Shown piece after piece: positions 32,801 through 42,700 of a stretch of DNA of 64,000 bases. The stretch covers positions 18,848,001 through 18,912,000 of the forward strand of contig OZ296659.1 of NCBI GenBank assembly GCA_965655095.1, written 5' to 3'. How positions within the stretch are numbered: position 1 is the first letter of the stretch; the number at the start of each line of letters is the position of its first letter. Under the pieces are notes generated by a model. The model saw nothing but the letters and a program-made list of their open reading frames with translations, searched no databases and was not told the origin of the DNA. The position numbers were made by a program, and so were the translations under genes. This stretch comes from Haplodiscus bocki (Eukaryota).

Positions 32801-34068
32801 GAAGTCAGCAATGGTGTTTGGGTTGTGACGTCAAGGTGATCAAGCCGAATGAAGAAAGCGAGCGAGTGCATCAAGTCGTCCACATACATTATTCACAATC
32901 ATTCAGCGAGATAAGTGGCTCCGACACCGATAAAATGTTTTCGGACAGATAAAAAATTTCATCCACTGATCTGACAGAAGGATTTGCAAGAAAGGGTTTG
33001 TGAAATTGATACTTTAAAGCAACTTAGAGCACCAAACTTTCAAATTTCAATCTAACGAATAATCACGCAATGTTCATTAGTTGCAGAATACCCTATTACT
33101 GCCTCACCGTAACTTTCATTTCTGCCGGACAGATATCCCGAGCGTTAGAGTGCCTTTTGACTTTTTACAGAACATTAGTTTTTTTGCAAGTCCCCATTTT
33201 CGCAAAAATCTAACGCTGACAGAGTCAACTCCTGACCTTTTGAAATTTATTTTTATAGCCTCAATCATTTAAGCATAACACGAAAACATCATTGACAATG
33301 GCAGCACCACTGGCTAACACAAATGTCTTTCGACGCAGTTGCTGTGGTAGAACTCGTGCAAGAATGGCCACAGCTGAGCAGGAGTGATATTCTCTTCCTT
33401 GTCTGTACCCTTTCCTTTTCTGAGTTGCATCATCCTGTCACAGATGAGAAGCACCCTCCAATGTCTGAGGCAGCCTACTGGCTTCAAATCTGTCATGCTC
33501 AACAGCAAATCTATCTGCTTCTCTACCGGCCAACCAACCGATGAACTTTCTCGTAACATATCTGCAAACAACGGAGCGGGGTGAAGGCAAAGTGTTACAA
33601 TATTCGAATACCAGAAACATTTCATATTAAGGTATTGTATGGTTGAGTCACCACCTGGTTTGAAAAAAAATGAATCAAAATTCCCACCCTCCTGCTAATA
33701 CGATAAAATTTCACAAAGTGTAAACTTGTCAGGAGAGCTACGAGATAGCGGTACGTACATCCCATTATTTTTTTGAGTGGAAATATCTTCTGGTTTTCGT
33801 GTTTCGATTTTTCAAAGGAGTACTTGACTCAATAATCATCTTCTGTATAATATGCATAATATGTTTAAAGCGTAATACGCATGTGAAATAGAAGCTCCAA
33901 AAATTGTTTGAGAACTTTTCTGTTTTACCCACCCGCATCAGAAGAGGCTTCCTTATCTCCACTCCCTCCATCCAAACTGGTAGTTGGAAGTTCGAGTTTG
34001 GGGAAGTTGTATCCACTGGAAAGAGTGACTCTATCACCAGTACCATCCATATCTTTATTATTGCTCAT
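11886..34068 (-). CDS. MRGBP: MRG-binding protein / Eaf7-like NuA4 subunit (exons 34068-33933, 33561-33319, 12704-12435, 12037-11886; ~266 aa); intron 2 contains the Polinton
   Basis: Exon 2 encodes WPVEKQIDLLLSMTDLKPVGCLRHWRV...AQLWPFLHEFY (Eaf7/CT20 pattern W..E....L..AM...KPVG..RHF). All three introns are GT-AG and phase 1, giving one 801-nt frame ending RSKLRKR*. Confidence 0.78.
13246..14534 (+). repeat. Left terminal inverted repeat (~1289 bp)
   Basis: Reverse complement of 31572-32695; starts AATAATATAGTATA; contains three ~153-157 bp tandem units starting at 13882, 14035 and 14192. Confidence 0.95.
14376..14531 (-). CDS. TIR-encoded 51-aa basic protein (left copy)
   Basis: TAAATG start; MDVKIKEYFEKTRTVKNNDKSKNYILRGQRNVRYHERILSNKKKSFIYNLT*; intact in both TIRs. 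Confidence 0.55.
   Translation of the reverse strand: MDVKIKEYFEKTRTVKNNDKSKNYILRGQRNVRYHERILSNKKKSFIYNLT
14555..15127 (+). CDS. Polinton C2H2 zinc-finger protein, paralog 1 (190 aa, intact)
   Basis: N-terminal CSKC..HNKSLKH; C-terminal TYxxYLxQPxxAIE...NP motif shared with the genes at 16641 and 17286. Confidence 0.75.
   Translation: MRFHCSKCDKTLSTSFRSRHNKSLKHVELSHSIVNRFNLVNIKVEDTNNILDKHINYYKKKFARFKFSCKISSIINKDYPKHILVKEYKLKPSDIINMQITFTTKLDNITYKHYLQQPRQAIENNLIEKINQNPNLIKIFNSFSQPVHRHTLLKYWGFHHDLNGKNCIFYPYEWFNIEPNSHPIDVTNHA
15149..15743 (-). pseudogene. Polinton accessory gene resembling a giant-virus hypothetical family, frameshifted
   Basis: Reconstructed EIFLGKS..CDMT..SGAFDKSVFAGNTILL...YVY.GG...YISNMGNNLNPYSIAVG. 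Family resemblance is from memory, not searched. Confidence 0.5.
15730..16354 (-). pseudogene. Polinton hypothetical gene(s), disrupted
   Basis: TAAATG start at 16354 (MDDFINVFKKD...), in-frame stops, then ORF 16068-15730 with a Cys/His-rich C-terminus. Confidence 0.45.
16455..16624 (+). pseudogene. Small C2H2 zinc-finger gene, frameshifted
   Basis: TAAATG start; YCAI(S)DKLC..FYKSHLKSQTH. Confidence 0.5.
16641..17181 (+). pseudogene. C2H2 zinc-finger protein, paralog 2 (frameshift and stop)
   Basis: MYYHCKICD..EHSESDCH; LTYNCYITQPMQAIERKLNQILSKNP. Confidence 0.65.
17286..17836 (+). pseudogene. Zinc-finger family paralog 3 (start ATG>AAG, frameshifts)
   Basis: FLCKVCDRS...; MTFREYLKLPMHAVEREINMNIAKNP. 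Confidence 0.6.
17840..18022 (+). CDS. Small single-pass membrane protein (~60 aa) with N-glycosylation sequons
   Basis: NVT/NMT/NCT sequons, then hydrophobic LLFTIPCGLSFLCFMSLIVYTLI. The presumed stop TAA now reads CAA at 18020-18022, so the frame runs into the ATPase. Confidence 0.6.
18023..18751 (+). pseudogene. A32/FtsK-like DNA packaging ATPase (premature stop 18155-18157)
   Basis: Walker A GPSNVGKS, Walker B-like ILEDL, RSRHNILSIFIISQDYY motif. Confidence 0.92.
18787..19699 (+). pseudogene. Conserved Polinton virion/core-type protein, frameshifted
   Basis: N-terminal coiled coil (LSPITKKL); C-terminal LQGEG..IIIPSN..RLEVLLGLKLSG.T..EASNLIDEL motif typical of Polinton conserved ORFs. 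Confidence 0.7.
20156..20929 (+). pseudogene. Minor capsid protein (penton, single jelly-roll), frameshifted
   Basis: NVTDKNNK.F...ITIPPGAYE, beta-rich, ending NLVSFNGQSVTFRLSIKEI; position upstream of the major capsid gene. Confidence 0.8.
20980..21136 (+). pseudogene. Small basic core-like protein with C-terminal adenain site (LSGN|G)
   Basis: TAAATG start, one frameshift; KTLIKSRLHSNKHKPKIK...KQKLLSGNGFVEYK*. Confidence 0.55.
21307..22588 (+). pseudogene. Major capsid protein (double jelly-roll), disrupted
   Basis: DNSII..., IRLVNNGYAFCFKEARL...GQISTIMK, YVEIDGQRYP, PIEIIDLRRQ; start ATG>AAG; several frameshifts and stops. Confidence 0.85.
22592..22986 (+). pseudogene. Adenain-like (Ulp1-fold) cysteine protease, disrupted
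   Basis: VNID...GTHW, (Y)FDSFG, CGSY catalytic motifs; stop at 22802-22804; start ATG>ATC. Confidence 0.9.
22992..24326 (+). pseudogene. Fibre/adhesin-like protein: neck/stalk repeats plus C-terminal MAM-like domain, disrupted
   Basis: Four repeats of (M/L/F)xxxxIxN...(D/E)(A/V)xxKxY(V/I)D-like sequence, then SPTG...GNSFMYIETS...ITFYY...GRFRIQL...W...WTLLNL...ADMSFSNITIT. Confidence 0.7.
24457..24699 (+). pseudogene. Polinton small hypothetical protein (one in-frame stop)
   Basis: TAAATG start; MDNSNSFKDL...ENILNK*. Confidence 0.55.
24700..24918 (+). CDS. Polinton small hypothetical protein (72 aa)
   Basis: TAAATG start abutting the upstream stop; intact ORF. Confidence 0.6.
   Translation: METHFNTIFEDVRHERSRILLLSLVEPSILKQVKFTDHEIDIIKDIALQKLHRQRNLKEIIALDLLEKQFPD
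24922..25531 (+). pseudogene. Coiled-coil protein with hydrophobic hairpin (two predicted TM segments), frameshifted
   Basis: MSTYPNIK... coiled coil; IITEILIGS..AIGSSTMGLVNPGAGIIISSSTAVLTSIAILIT. Confidence 0.65.
25639..25797 (+). pseudogene. Small zinc-ribbon protein (start ATG>ACG)
   Basis: WCAGGKH...IRGTCDICGRNKSQIF. Confidence 0.6.
25798..26238 (+). pseudogene. Protein-VI-like precursor with three adenain consensus sites (one in-frame stop, 26023-26025)
   Basis: Cys-rich N-terminus, LEGG|S followed by an amphipathic basic helix, ISGG|K, MHGR|GLRLKVM*. Confidence 0.6.
26267..26963 (+). pseudogene. HNH endonuclease with N-terminal CxxC and YxxNR/K repeats, frameshifted
   Basis: KCCRC..FYK..DG...CISC; YYNENREK repeats; LGCS...W.LDHCYP...NWINLRPM...DN..RGDK. 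Confidence 0.8.
26929..27773 (+). pseudogene. Retroviral-like (RVE/c-integrase) DDE integrase, disrupted
   Basis: IWSI(H for D)LAD, DNFSKYLWAIPLKNK, ESDRGREF, IAERVIKTL; frameshifted C-terminus FSKGDSTNWS. Confidence 0.93.
27789..28314 (+). pseudogene. Zinc-ribbon hypothetical protein, disrupted
   Basis: TAAATG start; CGHC...CFSCG; probably continues into ORF 28117-28314. Confidence 0.55.
28330..31554 (+). pseudogene. Protein-primed family B DNA polymerase (pPolB), multiply disrupted
   Basis: ExoI VYDLET, ExoII AHNGSGFD, ExoIII (H)VKNDV, IKGGRV, DFDAVSLYPSAM, KLIMNSLY, YTDTDSLY, LAPK; C-terminal CxxC-CxxC. Confidence 0.95.
31572..32695 (-). repeat. Right terminal inverted repeat (~1124 bp)
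   Basis: Reverse complement of the left TIR, lacking one ~157-bp tandem unit and 8 bp of GCTC repeat. Confidence 0.95.
31575..31730 (+). CDS. TIR-encoded 51-aa basic protein (right copy)
   Basis: TAAATG start; MDVKIKEYFEKTRHVKNNDKSKKYILRGQRNVRYHERILSNNKKSFFYNLT*. Confidence 0.55.
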   Translation: MDVKIKEYFEKTRHVKNNDKSKKYILRGQRNVRYHERILSNNKKSFFYNLT

Positions 34069-36019
34069 TCTTCCAAACCCAAAGTCAATGTCAGCATTTA
34101 GATGCTATGCAGTTGATCTGGAAGCGAACTGCTACCTTTATTCACCTTTCGGAGTAACGGAGCTCCAGAATTGAAAATCACAATGTGCTAGGTTCATTTT
34201 TTGAAGTGTGGCTGCTTTCGAAAAATTTTCTAGCAGTATTAACATAACTCTGACGAATACAAGTTTCCCTCGTGAGATAGCCATATAAAAGATGTTATTA
34301 GCTTTTCAATCCAATATATTTTCAAATTTTGTTTCAAGCTTTTCCAATGAACTATTATTGTTTAAAATTTATGCTTGCAACAGATTGGAATTTGGCATCG
34401 CTAGTCGCACTGTGAAAACTTGTGAGCCCTGGGCAACGAAGTCCCTTTTATTGTAGTAAAAATACAAATATACACGCTGCTTTTCCAACTACTGGAACGC
34501 ATTTTATGAATATTTACTGTAATCGTGTTTCTCAGTCACTTGGTTGGCTTCTTCAATGCAAATTTGTTTTCTAGACCTGAACATGATGTCATGAACAGCG
34601 AACAGTGAACATGATTCGAGCGGGCTCTTATCATCAGAAATTGCTTCTAAGTTTTTAAATGAATTTTTCGCAGCACCGATCTCGCACAAATGTTTGCTAC
34701 CTGTGCGTAACAAAAAAAACCTCTCAGAGAAAAGTTTAGGGTAAATAAATCTGAATTTAATCAACTACATAAAAGACAAGAATAAAAAATGAAGCAACCG
34801 CCAACTTCTAGTAAATTGATGGGGGAACTGACGACTGCTCCAATTGTCCCCAAGAGATAAGGGGTCCGTAATTTATTTGTTTACTTACAGAAAGAGCATG
34901 AAGATCCAGAAAATATTATTCACGCGATAGAATAATGTCTGTAGAAGGTATTGCACTCAAATTTTGCAATCTTCAATCACGGAATCCTTTTTCTATTGAG
35001 ATCTAACTCATCAAGAATAGAGGTTACCGTATTATGTAAATGATTTTAGCCCCACGAAAAAATGCTCCAAATTGAAAATGAAGGCGCTGTTGTTAATGAT
35101 CATAGGCACCTGAGGTGCACAGGCTTTGAGCTACTTTACATAGAGCGAACCAGCAGTCAACTAATCCCTAAAAATTCTAAAATTTCAGAGCGAGTGCTCC
35201 TCTTAGTAGTTTGGATTACCGTAAAGTAAGACCCCTTTTCACAGTCAAAAGGTAGCTCCAAACTTGAGGGGGGAGTCTCATACGCCGAAGAAGAAAATCA
35301 AAATTCACTGAAACCCAAATTAAATTAAAAAGTGGCATAAAAACTCAGTGGAAGATGATTTTGCTGGGCCTGGTTAATAAGATACTTATTTTTGATTTTT
35401 TTTTGTTTTTATGATATATTTTATCAACTCGAAAGTTTTATTTCTTTTGATGTATTTTATGATTTCTATTTTATGATTTCCCAGTAGATATTTTTCATCT
35501 TCAAGTACACATTCTGTTATTAGTATGAATAGGTCTTATACGGCAAGGATATATAAAATCCCAGTTTTTGCTTCAAAATTTAAGACGGTTCTATACGCTG
35601 GACTATACGGTAGTCCTAAATTAAAATCCAGTATTTATTGCACAATTTTTGCTAGAATCACCCCATGAAATATTTCAAAAATTCTTATAATATTGTCCTG
35701 GTTGTTAGAAGTCAATTGCTCCTCTGTAGAACTGAAACATGACTCAAACATTAAAGCTTAAATTTCAGCTCAACGCCTGAAAACTGGTAAAATTAAACAT
35801 GTCGTCAAATCACATCAAAAAACGATAATTCAACTCAGGGAAGCTGACTTCGCAACACATTCTGACTTCTCAGTTGAGATCAAAGATAAAGTTTACAAAC
35901 CAAAGCTCTTCAGAGAGACTTGAATCTTCATCAGATACATCATTGTCACTCTTAGAATAACTACACCAGATGTCTGTCACAAGGTTGTTCGAAAAAGTCG
36001 AAATGAAACGAGGACTTGT

Positions 36020-36595
36020 CACGGTGTCTGATAGTCGAAAACTTGATTTGTCAATCATGTCTTTTTAGATTCGCCATTTTGAGGTCCAAATGTCTAGAGG
36101 ACTCCACTTACATAAAAGACAACGCCAAAAATGAACAATTCTAGGAGTCCTAAAATACATTACATGTGAAAATTCCGAACTCTCATAATGGCCAATATTA
36201 GTGAAGATGTCAAAGCAACTTCAATTTTTTTTCCATTTCTGATGACTTGTACACCATATTAACCGTTTAATTAGTTCGAAATTTCTACATGTAGCGTTTT
36301 TTGGTGACACCGAATGCACTGCCCACACTCTCTCATTCAAAATATTGTTATGTGACACATTTCCTTTCAGAATACAGCCGTTATTTTTTCAGACTACTGT
36401 TTAAAAATTCTGCACTTTTCAGAACCTGAAAATAAACAAGTACCTTCCAAGATATTTTCAAATATTCAAGAGAAAAAAATTTGACCGCTTTAACTAGATG
36501 ATTAGACTCTCTGATGACGTCACAAAATACAAGCTTTGAACAGGATAAAAAAATGTATAAGCCGGTTTTCAATACATTCTTCCTTTAAGTCAGAA
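36020..36595. repeat. Dispersed repeat family copy (others at ~3683-3995, ~6270-6370, ~44652-45085, ~46330-46525)
   Basis: Shared blocks GTCACGGTGTC...TCAATCATGTC and GACCGCTT.AACTAGATGA...CTCTGATGACGTCA...TAAGCCGGTTT. Confidence 0.7.
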
Positions 36596-36744
36596 TGTTA
36601 AGAATAAACGGTTTGTTATAAATGTTATCTGTTCTTTCCTGAGAAAAACTATCCTTTTCAAATTGTTTTGCAAAAGAGAGGTTGGCTTCGGCTAGCGACC
36701 AAGCGACTGGTTTTCTTCTCAGTTGGGTCCTCTGGTAGTCATAA

Positions 36745-39700
36745 CTAGTAATAACGAGTGTTTCTTTCCTTATAACTAGCTTTATTACTTCGACTGCTTT
36801 TGTGTTTGGCGCCACCACCACCTTCTCTGGAACTTTTCCTCTTGTGTTTTTTGCCCCCTCCCTTATGAGGTTGTTCCACCTGTTCTGGACTTGAATCTTC
36901 GCTGTGGGATGACGTCATCATGTCACCTGATGAACAAAAAAGGTTTGCTATTACGTAATCACGAAATGTTTATGTACTAGCCAAACACTTGACAGTTATT
37001 TAGATGCCCTTGGGACTCAAATCTTCCCACGGAAAACTGATGCAAAATCATTTTCTCTTCAAATTGCTTCTACTAAACCATTAAAACAAGTCTTGTACAG
37101 TATAATTTTTTCACGTTGCAAACACACAAATTCGATCACTTCGCCCTTTAAATGCATTTGATAATTGCAAGAAAATAAACTACATACATATGTTCAGTCT
37201 AATAAGCTTCAGCTTTTGAGAAAGCGGCTTAAAGTGGTTCAAGATGAATAGCAAAATTGAGTATTTTGGTAAAATAGAAATCGATTCGCTTCTAGTTTTT
37301 TTTTCAAGAGAAACAGTTCCTGTCGGTAATAATTTAGGGGGTTTCTAATCATTTCGTTTTGGAGGTGAAAAAAAACTTCATAAAGGTGTACACCAACCTG
37401 CATCTCCCTTATCACCCTTGCGACTTCGTTTGACAGGCGGTATACTATTATCATCGAAACTGTTGGGTGATGCTCTGTTGTAATTTTTCTGCTTCCGTGG
37501 TCCTCCTGATCCGTTGCTTTTACCATCGCCCCATTCCGGCAAAGATGACTGCGAGTAATAAGAGTAGTCTTTATCCTTTCGATGGTAATACTTGTTCATG
37601 TCTTTCGATTTGGACTTCTTTTTCTGGTGCTTGTGTTTGTGGTGGTGGTGGTGATGGTAAGACCGATGACCGCCTTTCTGGTTATCTGAAGGTGAAAGGT
37701 CGTCCCCTGAGTCCACGGGCGGTGATATCCTGCAAAATAAATTGCTCCAAAGCTGGCAAGACCTTAGGAGCTAGAATTAACTTCATCGATCACAGTGTCA
37801 AGAAAATAACTTTCCGAGATCAATCTGCTAATTTCAAAAAATTGACATTTAAATTTAGACATTTTCCAGAATGAAAATGGGGATCTCTGATTTCAACCAA
37901 ACTCAACCAATTGCAATTAGTTGCATTAACAGCGTACGGTTGCCATCAAATGAATAGTGTTCAGGAAAATCATCATTCAGTTCATTGTGCTAAAAATCTA
38001 AATCTCGAAGTTTAATTTGGAACATTTCCGGGATAATGTATGAAAATGAAGATCCGTGGTTTTCAGCGAATATTCTGAACTGCGAGTAGCTGAATTAAAA
38101 ATGGATCAATGCAATCCGATCAACAGCTAATGAAAAAAAATCTCGTCTGAAAAAAAAGATAAATTAATGGCTATCCATTTCAGCTGTCCTATTAATCTGC
38201 GTTTTTCGTCCTCATTTCCAGATAAGGACGGCAAAAAATAATGGATTTCAATAAAATTATCCTGTTCCGACCTCTAATGCAAGCAAAGCAATTGAATGTT
38301 TCTAATTAATGCGAGTTGTCGATGGCCAGACAAAAAAATAAACGTGTATCTCAATTAAATAGCGTTGCCACCTCATTATCATCAACATTCGAGCACTAAA
38401 ATGTTAGCAATTTGTTCAGAAATTGTTTTCAAAGTTAACAAAACTTTTTCTTTCAAAAACCAATTATGGCAACAAATCGATATTTTGAGAAAAGCTACAA
38501 TAGACGCATTCCGCAACATTGGAGCAATTTTAATGGTTTTAATTGTTTTACTTTGTGATGCATGGTTATAAGATTAAAACACGACGGGACCCAAAAGATA
38601 TCGCAATCAAGAAATAAAGTTCGTATGCTATGGAGATATGGAGGAACTGGTTCCAAGATGTTTTGGAAAAAAATGATTTTTTTTCTTCAGCATCAGATCA
38701 GCCAAATAACTCAAATTTCGCAGTACCAACTTATCGATGGGTTATCCTAGACTTTTGGGGTTATCCTATACTTTTGGACAAATTTCATCCCAGCTTGCGG
38801 AAAGAGTAATTACAATTGGTGATTTCGCTATTAAATGAACGTTTTTCGTATCCAAGTTTTGAAGTGATAGAACTGAGGATTAGAAGAATTCCATCGCTCA
38901 CCTTTTGCGGTTCTCTTTGTCTTTTCTGTGATCTTTCGAAGATGGCGAAGCTAAAACACACGTGCAGTTCCCTCCAGACCAATCAAATGATACATTTCCA
39001 AAGACCATCACACGTGTTTTACGGTTCAGATCAAATCACATTAAAAGTTCTGAATATTCAGCAATGAAAAATTTAATCTAACTTAAACTAGAATTCCAAC
39101 AAGTTCATTAATTAGCATTAATACTTGCTATGAGTAATTCTGTGAAAAGTATCAAGAGAAGTGAGTTTAAAGCATTACGAGTCACAAAAATAGTCGGCTT
39201 CAAAATTAGAAGTGAAGGTAAAGCTCTGACTAACAACCCGGTCATGACCAAAGTAGACGCCGCCAAAAAGTTCCCAAATATCGATAATTTTTTTAAAAAA
39301 TGTGAAACTTCCGAAAAAAATTGGTATAAACACGTTTTCGTAAAAAATTTGTCATACGGTGCCGCAAATTTAGTAAAGGGACTTTTTGGTACAATCAAAT
39401 ATATACTGCCAGACGAATATGAAAACCCCACAGCATGGGCTGCATGTTCGTGGCCCTGCAAGTCTTGCACTTCGGTGAAAATTTCAAAATTTTGATGGGC
39501 ATTTTGAGTTGGAATAAAGCGGCGAGTACACCATTAATAAAAGAAAACCCTTTGTAATAATCGGACACTTTCATTCAAAAGCACCGACTAATAACATCTC
39601 TGGCAAGCCTTCCACAAAACTAAATGCTGTGTTAACTTTCGTTTTTAAATCATCACTCACAGTTTCTGGAGTTGGGTGACTGGTGGTTAGAATGAGATCC

Positions 39701-42700
39701 TCCTCTTCTAGCAGAAGACATCACATGTGCAGCTGCTGTCGTATTTGTGATACTGTTGTTGTTATTGTGTCTCTGAGCAGAAGCGATAACCGCTGAGGGA
39801 TTCGTGGCGGACACTGAAGACGAGTTGGGTACACCTGCAACAAATCAACTGATGTCGTTAACTTTAAAAATACAATGCGTTTTATGCCACAATCTAACCG
39901 ATTTGCAGTTTCAAAACGAATATGCAATTTGTCTCAAAAATCTTGCTTCCTTGGAAGAAGTAATCATAATGCACTCATATGATAAACAAGGCAAAGCCAG
40001 GAATTTTTTAAAATTATTTTCGCTGAAACCAACAGCGTCGAAAACACATTTTCGGCCCACAACGTCGAAAATGGTAAAACTGAATGACTAATTGTCATCC
40101 AAACGTGTTTCCAATTAGAAGGTTGCGATGTAAGTATCAACGAGGGAAGCGATGGCACACATACGAACCACAAAGTGGGCGGAACAGACGATGCTGACGT
40201 CTCGAAGACACCTGTTTCAATACTGATCATCCTTTGACGTTGTGAAACTAAAAACTTATTTTCGACGTTGTGGATACGAACCCGGCTGTAATAAGTTTGA
40301 TTAAGTTTGATATTTCAACATCATGTGATTTTTTAACTTCGCAAATTCACAAAACTTGCGGACACATAAACTTGTGGTTTATTTCACCAATGCCATTTAC
40401 CTTAGCTAAATAACAAGTTGCTTGTTTTAAAACGCCTACTTTACACTTAGATAAGACGACAGTTTCCGGCGCCAGTTTTCCGAAAAAAAAACGCAAAAAG
40501 AATGTAATTACTACAAATAAACTAACAACTCTTGAAACCGCATGAGAGTGAAACTTGCCTGAAAGAGTAGAAGACACGACGGATGACGTAGACTCAGTTT
40601 TTGCTTTAGCCTTGGCCTCTATCAGCTGGTCTTTCAGTCTCTGTATGATCTCTTCTAACTTCTCTTTCGACTGCGCCTCATGGATGTACACATTCAGAAT
40701 GTTGAAAGCTATATCATTCAGCTGTTCTTCAGTGCACTTGAACACTTCGTACCAGGGTGGATTCATTGGCAGGGCCACCTAGTAACATACAAATACATCA
40801 AATTTCATAACATGCACTTATTAACAGGCCCCCGAGGGCTCAGCATATTTTAACATGGGGAAGCTTTCTGTGGGGGAAGAATTTTCAGTAGATGTATATG
40901 GAGGTAATATGAATTTTCGAAAAGGTGGTTGGTACATTTTTCTGTATGCAAAAAAAAACATAGCTTATACTGGGATTCGAAACCCTTTTGTCCTACCTAC
41001 TAAGCCACGGGGATACCATATTGGCAAGAAAATATTTTTGCTAAAAAGGGTCCTTTAGCAGCGAGGCTGAAAGTCACTGTAAACGTCGGGCATCTTGATA
41101 AAATGCAGACTAAAAACGCCTCATGTATCGATAAATATTTCTTTTTCAAAAAACAATAACTGCAGCTAACGTATTTAGTCGATTTATGGTAGCGGCTAAC
41201 AGCGTTTTCTAGGACCATTCTTTTGCGGATTATCCAAAAGCAGCCATAACTCGTTCGCGATGCGGCCAGTGAGAAAATCCGATCAATTACTCAGCCGATC
41301 AAAATTAAACACAAACTAGCTAGCCACAGTAACTTCTTTTCGGATAGTTAATGCCGAAGTAACATTCATCCGACAGTGACGCTGAACAAACAGAGAATAT
41401 ATCATAGCATGCTCAAGAAATTAAAACTACATTTGTATTTGAGGAGGAATCCACAATGGATTAAACAGAAAACTCAAATACAGAACCGCATGGAGCAAAA
41501 AAGAGGCGCAAAAACAAAGAAAAACGACTTCTAGGAGCTGGATAAGAACCTATTTTAGATGAAAAAGCATTACATCCCGAAGCCATAGAACACTGCAGCA
41601 AACACCTCCGTATATCTTACAAGCAAATTGGAGGAAGGATACTGCCACGTCCATGAGAAGTTTCCGGAAGTAAAAACTGGGCGAACAAGTTCGCATCTAG
41701 CAGTAATTTGGTGCTGCGAAGAAACCGACACAAGGCCAACACCTACCGTAACGACTTGGTGTGAAATTTTTATCGTCTTCTTTCTGTTGACGATAAGGGC
41801 ACCCACTAAAATTGGTTTAGAATCAATCTTAACAAACATAGCCGCCCAAGCCCGATAGAACTTCGGAGAATTTTTGCGATAACTATAGGGTCACCCCTTA
41901 ACCCTTATTCTGTTTTCACGCAAACTAGGATAAATGAAATCAACATGTCCCGGGGTTCACACTTTCATAAGTAAAATGAATGCGGAACCGGAATATTTTA
42001 TTTACGCGCTCTCGCCGCTACCAAGATTATCTGCATGGTTCTTCCTGTAATTCCGCCACAAATTTTTCGAAAGTTTGCACGAAAATCCTTATATCGGACG
42101 AAGTCGCAAAATGTTCGAAAAACCGTAAAATAAAACAAAAACCGAATAATACTATTATTATTTCGTAAAATTAAAATTTTCCGAAGTCATAAAGATGGAT
42201 GAAATTCCCATCTGAGCTGATACGTCCAGTGAGATTACTCTCAGAACACAGTTCAAAAACTACTGGACATGACAAAAACAAGTAGAGCGTTTGGTTGGCA
42301 GCTAACGCAGGCGACACTAGACTTCTGTGATATATTAAAACATGAGCAGCTGAAGTTCCCAGTGACTCATCAAAATGTCGGATGTTTTTGTAGCATACTG
42401 TAAACATGGCTGGATGAATGATGAAGTGACTACTGAATAGATTGACGAACTGATTGGTAGTTTTAGCTTTACCCAGGCCTTCTGGTCTGGGACAGTTTCA
42501 GATGTAGCGTAAGTGGATCCGGCAAAACAATACTGTGCGACGTTCAGTTGTCATGAGGATAAGGAGTTATGCTGGGAATTAGAGAAAAACTTTCGAAACT
42601 TCTTCTGTCTGACCAGTCTGCGAGAAAAGTAAGATGATTTAGTTAATAATGGAACGATACATTTGTTCGCATTATACTCAAAGATAACAGAGAAATCATG

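Noticed and set aside
39108-39495. Overlapping 120-aa ORFs on both strands
   Set aside because: They lie in a cyclin L intron in repeat-like DNA and contain no recognisable domain.
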